NCBI GenBank assembly: GCA_965242865.1
Contig: CBDETK010000013.1
Location: 5,120,001 to 5,184,000 of the forward strand
From: Candidatus Latescibacterota bacterium
GTDB taxonomy: Bacteria > Latescibacterota > UBA2968 > UBA8231
Length of the DNA stretch: 64,000 nucleotides
Direction: 5' to 3'
Shown here: one piece after another, positions 26,958-36,054 of the stretch
How positions within the stretch are numbered: position 1 is the stretch's first letter
Layout of the letters: every line of letters starts with the position of its first letter
Made by a program: the position numbers and the translations under genes
The notes under the pieces: model-generated
What the model was told of the DNA's origin: nothing
What the model saw: the letters and a program-made list of their open reading frames with translations, nothing else
Databases searched by the model: none

Positions 26958-29686
26958 TGACTCACCGCCATTTTGACCACGGCTTCTGCGCGCCGCCCAT
27001 CGTCGCCGTGCGCGATCAACCGGCACAGGTACAGGCCGCTGGCATAGCCTTCTACCGACCAAGCGATTTCGCGCTCGCCGGCTGCCAACCCGTCGCGGCG
27101 AAGCCGGCCGACGCGCTTGCCCAACGCATCGACCACCGCCAATTCGACGCGCCCGGCCGCACTCAGCGCAAAGCGCAATCGCGCCTCCTCCCCGGGGCCG
27201 ACTGGATTGGGATAGCAATAGACTCGGGTTAGCAGCACCTCCTCGGACCGCACAACGGGTCGGCCTGCGACCAGCGCGGTCCGCGACCCGGCCGCATCGG
27301 CCCCGGCCTGCGGCCAATGGACCGGGCCGCCCGCGTACTGGGCCGCCACCCTTTGCAGATCCCACGCATACAGGGCCTCGCCATCCAAGGCCGCTAGCAC
27401 CCAGCGGCCCGTGCCGTCTAAGTCCCATATCACGGGCGACGCCGTCGGAGGCACGGCCATCAGCAGGGGAAAGCCCGGCAAGAGCCGCCCATCGTCTTCC
27501 ATCCCGAAAATTCCGCTGTGACCGGCCACGAATATCTCCTGCTTGCCGTCGGCATCTACGTCGCCAAGCACCGGCTCAAACCCGAGCTCGCCGACCTCAG
27601 CAACACGCGGCAGGGCCGCGGGAAAGTTGGCTTGGCGCAATCCGTCCGCTCGCAGGGCGTGTATCACCCCACCGCGCGCCAGCAAAACCACCTCCAACAG
27701 ACCATCGCCGTCCAAATCGCCCAACACCGGCGGCGCGACGAGCGAATCGCCCAACTTGACGACATTCGCTCCGATCGTCACCTGTCCTCCGGCCGTGGCA
27801 AAGACCTGCTCGGCTTGGCTGTCGCCGTCCAAATCGCCCGTTGCCGAGGGCACCACCAGCGACCTTTGCTCCTTTAACTCGCCGCTCGTAGCATCTAGCG
27901 CGTAGGTCTGTTCCGCGCCAGCCAGCAGTAGCAGCGAGGCCCCCGTGCCCGCTGCGGCCTCCGCGGCCAACGGCCCCTCGTCCAACATGCGCTCCCACCG
28001 CGGCTGGTCCGCGCCGGCCTCCCATGCGCTGACCTCGGCACCGCGCCGCAAAAAAATCACGCCATCCCCAGCCGCCAGCAGCCGCGCCTCTGGCACGCGC
28101 CACGACGCCACCCCGCTGCCGGTCGCATAGCCGACGCCTCCCCCGACCTCAAAGAGCAACTCATCCACTCCGTCGCCATCCAAATCGGCCGCTTGTAGCC
28201 GGCCGTCGCCCGGCAAATCCCGCGGCCAGCCCGGACGCCCGCGCCCAAAGCGTATCGCCACCTGCATGGTATCGCCGGGCGCGGAAAGCACTTCTATTTC
28301 AATGCCGGTCTCCCACTCCCGATTGCTGCGCGAATCGGGCCGAGTCGCCGGGCCGAACCGCGTCTGTCCGCCGACGAAAAATGGGTCGTCGGCCTCCCCA
28401 TTGACTTGCCGCTCCCACGCACGGCGCGGATTGCCAATGTCGCGGTACCCGTCGGCCTCTTCCAAGGCAATGCCCGGCCAGTGCGGCTGATTGTTCACAG
28501 CACTGGGGTCCGCAGCGCGCGCCATCACGCCCTCGTCTATGTGCCATATCAGCACCCCGGATCCCGGGACGAAGGCGTCGTATTCCTCCACCGCCACCCA
28601 CACGCTCTCGTCTAGGGCGACTTGGTCGGGGTCGATCCACACCTTCCCCTCGTCCTCCGCGACGCCGGGTTGCCCGCGCTGCTGCCTGTTTTCCAGCAAG
28701 AAGTATTCGTGCGCGTCAATGGGGATGCGCACGGCCTTGGGGAAGTCGCCGCTGCGGTCGGTCGCTAGCAGCGTTAGGACCGTGTCGCGCCGCACCACCA
28801 CCGGCTCCAGCCACCCGAGCTGCGCCTTGCTCCAAGCCATGGGGTGCGGCGGTGCAAAGCCAACTACCCACGCGAGACTGTCGGTCCGCACGTAGCCCAA
28901 AGCGTTGTTCCCCACGTCCATCAGGCTCCAACCGCCCAAGGCCGGCAGGCCATCGGCGAAATTGGACAATCCGGGCAACCCCAACTGGTGGCCGAAGAAC
29001 TTGGCCAGCAAGCCATTGAGCCCGGCCCGGCCGTTGAGGCTGGGCGACTCCGGCAAGATCCACGCCTGCGCGATCTCCGCTCCGCCCACGATCAACGGAC
29101 CGCCGTTAAAGCGCACAAAATCGCTTTCGGACAAAAAGACCGAGCGGATGTCGTTCAGTTGACCGTTCTCGTAGCCTACGCCGGCGTGGAACACGAGGAA
29201 GCTGTTGAATTCGTCCAAGCGCGGGCCAGCGGGATCGGCCAGCACGGCGCGGAGGGCATCGCGCAACAACTCGATCCACTTCGCGCCGATCTCCTCGGTC
29301 GTGCGTCCGTTGCCGTAGTGGAGCATGGGTTGGTCGAGCGCGTACGCCTGCCGCATGGCGCGGGGGAAGACCTCGGCCGAAATCGCCACCTGACCGGCGG
29401 AAACGACCTCGTAGTAGCGAGCCAGTGCGGTCAGATGCCGCTCGAAGTAAGCGCGGTCGTGCGGCGGCAGGTCGTAGGGAAGCGCGTACTCCGCAGCCGC
29501 TTCCTCGGCCGAGCGCAAGTCAAAGGCCCCGACGCCCGTCGTCGTCGGCTCGTCGGGATTCTCGCGCGGAAAATCCACGCGCAAGGCCAAAACTCGCCAT
29601 TCGGCCTCGGCCCCGGTGGGAGCCGACGCGAGCAGGGTGCAGCAGAAGCCTAAGAGGAGCTCGACGCGACAACAAAAGCGTCCGAT
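26954..29686 (-). CDS. M6 (immune inhibitor A)-like pseudo-protease with FG-GAP repeats and T9SS-type C-terminal domain
   Basis: ALRVDFP, FHAG.G, KFFGHQLGLP, WSLMD.G, AWSK..LGW, EYFLLENRQ, GVLIWHIDE, DLDGDG repeats, YCYPNP...ASGLYLCRL. The frame extends to an ATC at 29686 with a signal peptide. Confidence 0.82.
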   Translation of the reverse strand: MGRFCCRVELLLGFCCTLLASAPTGAEAEWRVLALRVDFPRENPDEPTTTGVGAFDLRSAEEAAAEYALPYDLPPHDRAYFERHLTALARYYEVVSAGQVAISAEVFPRAMRQAYALDQPMLHYGNGRTTEEIGAKWIELLRDALRAVLADPAGPRLDEFNSFLVFHAGVGYENGQLNDIRSVFLSESDFVRFNGGPLIVGGAEIAQAWILPESPSLNGRAGLNGLLAKFFGHQLGLPGLSNFADGLPALGGWSLMDVGNNALGYVRTDSLAWVVGFAPPHPMAWSKAQLGWLEPVVVRRDTVLTLLATDRSGDFPKAVRIPIDAHEYFLLENRQQRGQPGVAEDEGKVWIDPDQVALDESVWVAVEEYDAFVPGSGVLIWHIDEGVMARAADPSAVNNQPHWPGIALEEADGYRDIGNPRRAWERQVNGEADDPFFVGGQTRFGPATRPDSRSNREWETGIEIEVLSAPGDTMQVAIRFGRGRPGWPRDLPGDGRLQAADLDGDGVDELLFEVGGGVGYATGSGVASWRVPEARLLAAGDGVIFLRRGAEVSAWEAGADQPRWERMLDEGPLAAEAAAGTGASLLLLAGAEQTYALDATSGELKEQRSLVVPSATGDLDGDSQAEQVFATAGGQVTIGANVVKLGDSLVAPPVLGDLDGDGLLEVVLLARGGVIHALRADGLRQANFPAALPRVAEVGELGFEPVLGDVDADGKQEIFVAGHSGIFGMEDDGRLLPGFPLLMAVPPTASPVIWDLDGTGRWVLAALDGEALYAWDLQRVAAQYAGGPVHWPQAGADAAGSRTALVAGRPVVRSEEVLLTRVYCYPNPVGPGEEARLRFALSAAGRVELAVVDALGKRVGRLRRDGLAAGEREIAWSVEGYASGLYLCRLIAHGDDGRRAEAVVKMAVSQ

Positions 29687-29696
29687 TGGAACCCCC

Positions 29697-30752
29697 TCAG
29701 AAAGTGATGTTCATGGAAATTGGCGTATTGTCGCCCACCACAGCCGTGTCGCCTAGGCCGATTATATACGCCACATCAAACTGGAAGCGATTGTATTTTA
29801 GACCGACGCCAAAGGCACTGGTACTGGCCTCGCCGTCGTAATCGTATGAAAGCCCGGCGCGCAACGCGATAAACGCCTCGTCCTCGTGCGCGGAAAGCCC
29901 GTATTTGTATTCGCCGCCCACTTGCAGGTCGATCTCCTTGAACTCGTTGTTCAAGCCCTCGTCGGCCCAGGCCTTGGCCAAGTTGCCGACAAAAGACCCA
30001 TCGGCAATCAGAGGTTTGTACAGATCAAAAGAGAGCATCAGATCGTTGTATTGGGTGTCCATGACCTCGTAGGCCATCCCGACGACGATGTGCTGGGGCA
30101 GCGGATCGGCCTGTGCCGCGTCGATGTAGGCGATCTTGGGGCCTAGGTTGCGCAGGGCCGCGCCCAAGCTAAAGCTGGGGACGGGCCGCCATAAAAAGCC
30201 CAAATCCGCGGCAAAACTGCTGCCCGTGCCATCGCCCTGCTCAATGCCGGCCCCTTGATTGGCCAAGCGGCTGTAGATGAACTTCAAGCCAATGCCAGCG
30301 GACATGGTAGCACTGATCTGCGCCCCGTAAGCCGCCGACAGCGCCATGTCGTAACTGCGGAACGTACCTAGCACGTCGCCGCGCTCGCCCGTGCGCGTCT
30401 GCTCGCCGAGGTTGAAGAACGTGATGTTGAGACCTAGGTTGCCCCAGCCTTCCACGGGCATAGAATAGGCCAGAAACTCGTAGGACAGGTCGTCGGCCAG
30501 CTTGGGCAACCACGCGGTGTGGGAAAAGTGGAGCTTTTTCTTCTTTTGCCCGACGAGCGCGGCCGGATTGAAGTACGTCGCCGTGGCGTCGTCGGCCACC
30601 GCCACGTACGATTCGCCCATGGCAATGGCGCGGGAACCCGGATTGATCAACAAAAGAAGCGGGGCACTGCGGCTTTCGGGCGTGGCCCAAGCCCCATCGG
30701 GCACTGCGCCCGCGCAAAGGCCGGCCAGCAGCAGGGTCGTCAGTTTCCTCAT
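29697..30752 (-). CDS. porV: PorV-family outer-membrane beta-barrel (T9SS shuttle)
   Basis: LLINPGSRAIAMGE..VA.ADDA.A.YFNPA, WLP.LADDL, F.SYD.A.S..YG, NLGPKI.Y...DPLP, terminal Phe. Confidence 0.88.
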   Translation of the reverse strand: MRKLTTLLLAGLCAGAVPDGAWATPESRSAPLLLLINPGSRAIAMGESYVAVADDATATYFNPAALVGQKKKKLHFSHTAWLPKLADDLSYEFLAYSMPVEGWGNLGLNITFFNLGEQTRTGERGDVLGTFRSYDMALSAAYGAQISATMSAGIGLKFIYSRLANQGAGIEQGDGTGSSFAADLGFLWRPVPSFSLGAALRNLGPKIAYIDAAQADPLPQHIVVGMAYEVMDTQYNDLMLSFDLYKPLIADGSFVGNLAKAWADEGLNNEFKEIDLQVGGEYKYGLSAHEDEAFIALRAGLSYDYDGEASTSAFGVGLKYNRFQFDVAYIIGLGDTAVVGDNTPISMNITF

Positions 30753-30848
30753 AGCAGAGTCCTCCTCAGCTAAAAATAAGATATGAAAACGATGCCTCCT
30801 AAGTACTAAGGCGATCTCACTGCTGCAAAAGCACTCCTCTCGCCATGC

Positions 30849-33800
30849 TCACTGGGCGACCTGCAAAACGGCGCGACGCGCCACCGCAGTGCCGCTTTCC
30901 CGCTCGGCTTCTATCCGGCAAATATACGCGCCATTGGCCAAGCCCGCCGGTGGCGTCCAAGGCACTTGGTTGTACCCGGCGCGCGTCGGTCCGTCCAGCT
31001 GGTCGATCAGCCTACCAGCCAGCGAAAAGACCGTTATCTGCACGGCGCGCATGTCGCCTGCTAGCTCGTACGTGAAGTAGCCGCTGTCGCGCATGGGATT
31101 CGGGTAAAATAGGACCTTGGCCAAGCCGGCATCTTCTGGGGCGTCCCCAACCGACACCGACACCGTCGCCCGCGACGAATTGTTGAAGTTGTCCCAGGCC
31201 TTCAGGCGGATTTCGTGTTGGCCGGTTTCCAGCTCGGGCAGAGGAAATTCAACCACGCCCTGCCGGTAGTCGCCGCCCTGTACGCTGAACAGGTCCGTCA
31301 AGGTGAAGAGCTCGCCGTCAATGGTCAGCTCGATTTCGTGGCCGGTCTCGCCAGTGATGTTGATGCCGCTGGGGTCTGCAATCGAGGCCCGCAATACCGT
31401 CTGCCGCGGAATGGTGCGGCCGTTGGCCCCCTCAAAGCGCAGGGAAATGTCCGGCCCTTCCACATCCGTTTCTACGCCTTGGGCCGTGCCCGCCAGCACC
31501 AACCCTTCAACCGCGCCGAGGGCGGCCGGGCTGTCATCGCTCCAGACGTACGCGCTGATGCGGCCGTTGTTCCCGCCGTAGGTGATGTCTTTAGGGACCC
31601 GAAACGCGGCCTTGAACCGGCCCTCAGCCACTGAAAAGCGGCCGCGAAAGATGGGAGCCCCGGTCTGCTGGTAGGTAAAACCTTCCAAATCGCTCTCTTC
31701 GCTTGAATCAAAGGCTTGCAACCACACTTGGCCTGTATAGGCGGTGGCCGGCGCACCAGCCGCGTCGAGAACTTGGCCGGCGACGACCACTTCGCCGAGG
31801 GCGCGGAGCGAATCGGGCACTGCGAGCTGCACCTGAAAGCGCGGCAGGGCCAAGCGCGTGGCCGGGTCGCCAAAGAGCGAGTAGCGCTGGACGTTGCGGA
31901 ACGTTTTGGGGCCGGTGGGAGAATACTTAGGCAGCAGCACTTGCTTGGCCTCGGCGAGGGCCAGCCCAATCGGCACGTGCTGCCGCCCGGTGTGGTATAG
32001 CTGCCGGTAGAACTGGTTGGCCAACTGGACATTGGAGTCGTGATAGCCGATGCGGGTCGCGCAAATCATGCCGATCACGCCTCCATCCTCCTTCAGCAGA
32101 AGTCCCTCCGGCATGGAGAGGCGCACGGGATCGTCGAACACCCCAACTTGACTCGCAGCCGTAAAAAACAAGGGCAGGCGCCCGCCGTTGTTGAGCTTGT
32201 CCAAATCGCGGGAAAGCAAGAACAGGCTCTCGTGGGCCAAGCGGTCAAAGCTGCCGTGCCCCAAGTAGGTCAAAATGAGCGAGCCTTTGTTGAAGAGCCG
32301 GATAAACTCGTCCCGCGCCCGCGGCTTTTCCCGCCCCTCTAGGGGGAATTGGGCGACGTAGAGCTTGGTCAGGTCTAGCACTTCGGGCAGGACGCGCCGG
32401 GCCATGTATTCGCTATCGCGGATGAAGAACGACTCGACCCGGCTCGGCTTGTCGCGATTGAGCAAATCGTCCGAGACCAGCAGCACTTGGCTCTGCCAAG
32501 GCCCCCATTCGGGGGCGTGGTCGTAGGCGATGATTTTGTCGGCCAGCGCGTCGGCCGAGGCCGCCGTCTGCACCGGCAGCCGACCAATGGCCAGATCGGG
32601 GTACAAATCGCCGCCCACCACGCGCGTGTACCATTCGTCGTATGTGCTGTCGCCGTCTTGGTATGCTGGGATCCAATTGCCTTGGCTAATGGACGAATTG
32701 TTCTTGTAGTCGTACGAGCCGTCGCCCACCAAGGCCACGAACATGGGCGCGGGCTCCCAGTGCTCAACCGCGTACGCGAGAAAGTTGCGGATCGCGGCCG
32801 GGTCCAACAGCCCGCCGGAAAATTCGTCGTAGATGTCTTGCACGTCGATCGCCACCGCTTGCAGGGGCCGGCCGAAGCGGTCGTCGGCCGCTCGCCAGCG
32901 CGCCAAGCGCTCGGCCGCGGCGCGAAAATCGCGGTGGTAAATCGCCACCCAATCGGCTCCCCGCGCCGCGGTTGCCAAGTGGCCGGGCGCGTCGAGCTCG
33001 ATTCGCACCGGGCGCTTCCAAGTGCCGCCGACCGCGTACTGGCGCGGCTCATCCCCGGGCCGATCCTGAAACGCTACAACCCCGTCTTGCGCTCCGTACT
33101 CAAAATCCACGACCTCGGCCAACCCGGCCGAGACCTCAAAGACGCGCGGCCGCTCGGCGGCAAAACCAGTGAGGCGAAATTGGGTGGGGCCGGTCAGCGG
33201 ATAGGTGAAGAGCAATTGACCGCGCTCGGCGACAAAGCCGCGGCTGTACTCCACTTCGTACCAGTCGAAGCGGGCCGGACTACCCGAGTGAACGATCCCC
33301 AAGTGGTTCAGCCCCTCCTGCGCTCCGAGCGCGGCCCACAGCGTATCGGATGCAACGTAGCGCTGGTCCGGCAGTTCGTCTGGGGTAAAAGCCACCGTGC
33401 CGATGGCCGCTTCGTTCCAGCGCACCGAAAACCGCGGCTGCGCCTCCGAGCTCCTGATAAAACCCAAGCGCACCGCCACCGGCTCGGGCGCGGCCTGCCG
33501 CACCACCACCGGAAAATTGCGCGCATTGCCGCGAAAATCCTCCCAGTACCAAGTGTAGCCAGACTTGATGCTAAAGAGCTGGGTGAGGACGAACTGCTCG
33601 GCTTCCTCGTGGATTCGCACCCGATAACTCGTGGGCTGCTGCGGGTCGGACGCGGTTAAGGCGCCGCTCCGCTGCTCGGGCCGCCGCCCTGCTACCCCAC
33701 CGCCAAACCCCAGCCAGTACGCGTTCTCGTGCGTGTAGAGGTTGTGCCGATATTGGAATGAGCGGCTAGCTGGCGCGTATTCCCAGCGGCTGACCGGCTC

Positions 33801-34586
33801 GGCCCAAAACAAGACGAAATCGTCCGCGTCCAAGCGGCCATCGCCCCCGTCTTCTACGGCCAAGCCCACTTCCGACAGGGCCTGGGGCGGGGCCGCCTCG
33901 CTGAGGGACAAGGCTTTGCCGCCGCCGTAGTACAGGCGCAAACTCGCCGGCTCGATGTCGCCGAGCGCCACCCCAGCGGCCTCAAGGTCGGCGCCCGATA
34001 TGCGGTACATTCCCTCTTCCAAGACGAAGACCCGCAGCCACGTTCCGCTCTGCAACGCGGCCTTGGGTGCCGGACGTTGCTTGAGCGGCAAGCGCCAGTT
34101 CCGAGCTTGCTCGGGATTGACGAGCACCCCTCGGTAGAATGCTTCGCCCCAAGGGTCGGCAACGCGGGTGCCGCCGCTGCCGGTCACGTGTAAATCAACC
34201 ACGATGCGATCGTACAGGGTGCGCGTTCCGTCCGCCTCGACGCGGGGAGCAAACGCCACCGGAACGACGCGCTGACGCCGCGCAAAACCGCTCTCCCCGA
34301 GGACGACCGGCGCGGGCGTGGGCGCGTCGTCAGCCGCCGCGCGGTCGGTCCGCGCCACGTGGGCTTCGACCAACTCCAAGCGAACCTGTCCATCGCTGGG
34401 GACGCCGATTAAGGCACTGCGCCCCTGCTCCAATTCTCGGCCTTCGGGACGCCAAACCAACCGCACGCGCTGGGGCGTCTGCTCGCTTACGTGTAGCTCG
34501 GCTAGGGCCGCACTCCCGCAAAAAAGCGCGAGCACCCAAAAACAGCATTTGAATCGTATGAAAGTGGTATAGGTGGGATGGGTCAT
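30849..34586 (-). CDS. porU: PorU-like C25 (gingipain-fold) T9SS sortase
   Basis: EEGMYRI, IYDEFSGG..DP.AIRNF, LVGDGSYDYK, IGRLP, YLGHG, LFGDPA, F.VPKDI.Y, D.EGP.I, D.SGIN.TG..GH, KAWDNFNNS, YPNP CTD. Confidence 0.9.
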   Translation of the reverse strand: MTHPTYTTFIRFKCCFWVLALFCGSAALAELHVSEQTPQRVRLVWRPEGRELEQGRSALIGVPSDGQVRLELVEAHVARTDRAAADDAPTPAPVVLGESGFARRQRVVPVAFAPRVEADGTRTLYDRIVVDLHVTGSGGTRVADPWGEAFYRGVLVNPEQARNWRLPLKQRPAPKAALQSGTWLRVFVLEEGMYRISGADLEAAGVALGDIEPASLRLYYGGGKALSLSEAAPPQALSEVGLAVEDGGDGRLDADDFVLFWAEPVSRWEYAPASRSFQYRHNLYTHENAYWLGFGGGVAGRRPEQRSGALTASDPQQPTSYRVRIHEEAEQFVLTQLFSIKSGYTWYWEDFRGNARNFPVVVRQAAPEPVAVRLGFIRSSEAQPRFSVRWNEAAIGTVAFTPDELPDQRYVASDTLWAALGAQEGLNHLGIVHSGSPARFDWYEVEYSRGFVAERGQLLFTYPLTGPTQFRLTGFAAERPRVFEVSAGLAEVVDFEYGAQDGVVAFQDRPGDEPRQYAVGGTWKRPVRIELDAPGHLATAARGADWVAIYHRDFRAAAERLARWRAADDRFGRPLQAVAIDVQDIYDEFSGGLLDPAAIRNFLAYAVEHWEPAPMFVALVGDGSYDYKNNSSISQGNWIPAYQDGDSTYDEWYTRVVGGDLYPDLAIGRLPVQTAASADALADKIIAYDHAPEWGPWQSQVLLVSDDLLNRDKPSRVESFFIRDSEYMARRVLPEVLDLTKLYVAQFPLEGREKPRARDEFIRLFNKGSLILTYLGHGSFDRLAHESLFLLSRDLDKLNNGGRLPLFFTAASQVGVFDDPVRLSMPEGLLLKEDGGVIGMICATRIGYHDSNVQLANQFYRQLYHTGRQHVPIGLALAEAKQVLLPKYSPTGPKTFRNVQRYSLFGDPATRLALPRFQVQLAVPDSLRALGEVVVAGQVLDAAGAPATAYTGQVWLQAFDSSEESDLEGFTYQQTGAPIFRGRFSVAEGRFKAAFRVPKDITYGGNNGRISAYVWSDDSPAALGAVEGLVLAGTAQGVETDVEGPDISLRFEGANGRTIPRQTVLRASIADPSGINITGETGHEIELTIDGELFTLTDLFSVQGGDYRQGVVEFPLPELETGQHEIRLKAWDNFNNSSRATVSVSVGDAPEDAGLAKVLFYPNPMRDSGYFTYELAGDMRAVQITVFSLAGRLIDQLDGPTRAGYNQVPWTPPAGLANGAYICRIEAERESGTAVARRAVLQVAQ

Positions 34587-34639
34587 TTTAGCGTTTTTAA
34601 GGTCATTCCAAGCCCCTTTTTTGTCAAGGGCGTCTCGCC

Positions 34640-34668
34640 TTGACTTATCGGCTCAGGGCCGCTACGTT
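34640..34668 (+). promoter_or_regulatory. Putative sigma70 promoter for rpmB
   Basis: TTGACT-17 bp-TACGTT in the divergent porU/rpmB intergenic region. Confidence 0.5.
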
Positions 34669-34694
34669 TAATAGTTTCTTACAGGGAGAAACTC

Positions 34695-34922
34695 ATGGCC
34701 AGACAATGCAGCCTGACCAATGTTAAGGGCCTAGTTGGCAACAACGTCAGCCACTCGCAGCGCAAAACCAAGCGCGTCCAACAGCCCAACCTCATCAAAA
34801 AGCGCATCTTCATTCCCGAGAAAAACCGCACCATCACCCTCCGCCTGACCGCCCGCGCCCTGCGTACCTTAAACAAAAAAGGCGTCTATCAGTTCCTGAA
34901 AGAAAAGGGAATCGAGGTCTGA
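34695..34922 (+). CDS. rpmB: 50S ribosomal protein L28
   Basis: MARQC.LT......GNNVSHS.RKTKR...PNL...I.LRL.ARALRT. Confidence 0.97.
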   Translation: MARQCSLTNVKGLVGNNVSHSQRKTKRVQQPNLIKKRIFIPEKNRTITLRLTARALRTLNKKGVYQFLKEKGIEV

Positions 34923-34938
34923 GCGGCCCGGCGCGCTT

Positions 34939-36054
34939 ATGAACCGAGGCGACGACCCAGCCGACGCCATCCAAGAGCGAGTTCGCCAAGCCCTAGCCGA
35001 AAACGCGGCCTTAAAAATTTTTGCCGGCCGCACCAAGTCCTTTCTCGGACGCCAACACCCCGGCATCCCCCTCGACCTCTCCGCTCTAACCGGCATCGTC
35101 AGCTACGAGCCAGACGAGTTGGTCCTAGTGGCCCGCCCGGGCACCAAGCTGAGCGAAATAGAAGCCCTGTGCCATAGCGAAAACCAGTACTTTGCTTTTG
35201 AGCCGCCCGCTTGGGGTGCGGCTGCGACCATCGGCGGCACTGTGGCCTGCAACCTTTCGGGGCCGCGGCGGTTCAAGATGGGGGCCCTGCGCGATCACTT
35301 GCTCGGCGCCGAGTTGATCGACGGTCGCGGCGAGCGAATTCGCACCGGCGGCAAAGTCGTCAAAAACGTCACCGGGTACGATCTAGCCAAAGTGCTGGCC
35401 GGTTCCTTTGGAACGCTAGGGGTGCTTACCGAGGTTTGCCTCAAGGTCTGGCCCCGCCCGCAAACCCAAGCCACCCTGTTCATGCACCGGCCAACGCCGG
35501 CCGCGGCGTTGGAGCGAATGCTCAACTGGGCCGCGCGGCCCCTCCAAATCACCGGCCTAGTCTGCGATGCCGACCGGCTAGCCGCCCGCGTCGAAGGCCC
35601 GACGCCCGCGGTGCGGCAGCAGCTAGCCGCGCTGTGCGCCGGAGAATCCGCCGAGTCCGAGGTCGTGGAAGAAGCCGAATCACAAGCCTTTTGGCGGTGC
35701 TGGCGCGAGCTCGAATGGCTGATGCCGGCCACCGGCCAACAGCGCTGGCGCTTTTCTGGGCCGCCGACCCAGATGGTGCCGCTCATGGAAGCCTTAAAGG
35801 CCGAGGGGCTGAGCCGCTGGGGGTTGGACTGGGCCGGCGGCCTGCTGTGGGCACTTTTGCCGGTAGCCGCCCCAGCCGCCCGCTTGCACCGCACCGCAGC
35901 CCACCACCAAGCCCTCGGCTGGCGCTTTGCCGCCGACGAACGCAACGAAGACGCCTTTACCCCGCTCCATGCCGGCGCGGCGCGCATGAACCAAATGCTC
36001 AAGCGCGCCCTTGACCCCCAAGGCATTTTCAACCGCGGCAAACTGTACGCCTAA
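34939..36054 (+). CDS. glcE: Glycolate oxidase FAD-binding subunit GlcE-like
   Basis: YEPDELV, FEPP..G..ATIGG..A.NLSGPRR, GGKVVKNVTGYDL, LK.ALDP.GIFN.G. Confidence 0.85.
   Translation: MNRGDDPADAIQERVRQALAENAALKIFAGRTKSFLGRQHPGIPLDLSALTGIVSYEPDELVLVARPGTKLSEIEALCHSENQYFAFEPPAWGAAATIGGTVACNLSGPRRFKMGALRDHLLGAELIDGRGERIRTGGKVVKNVTGYDLAKVLAGSFGTLGVLTEVCLKVWPRPQTQATLFMHRPTPAAALERMLNWAARPLQITGLVCDADRLAARVEGPTPAVRQQLAALCAGESAESEVVEEAESQAFWRCWRELEWLMPATGQQRWRFSGPPTQMVPLMEALKAEGLSRWGLDWAGGLLWALLPVAAPAARLHRTAAHHQALGWRFAADERNEDAFTPLHAGAARMNQMLKRALDPQGIFNRGKLYA

Noticed and set aside
26958-27428. Long N-terminal extensions of track ORFs (23898..27428, 11444..13204, 18820..20808, 44056..47418)
   Set aside because: They overlap upstream genes with low-complexity Arg/Gly-rich translation. 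Starts were reassigned to coupled or nearby codons.
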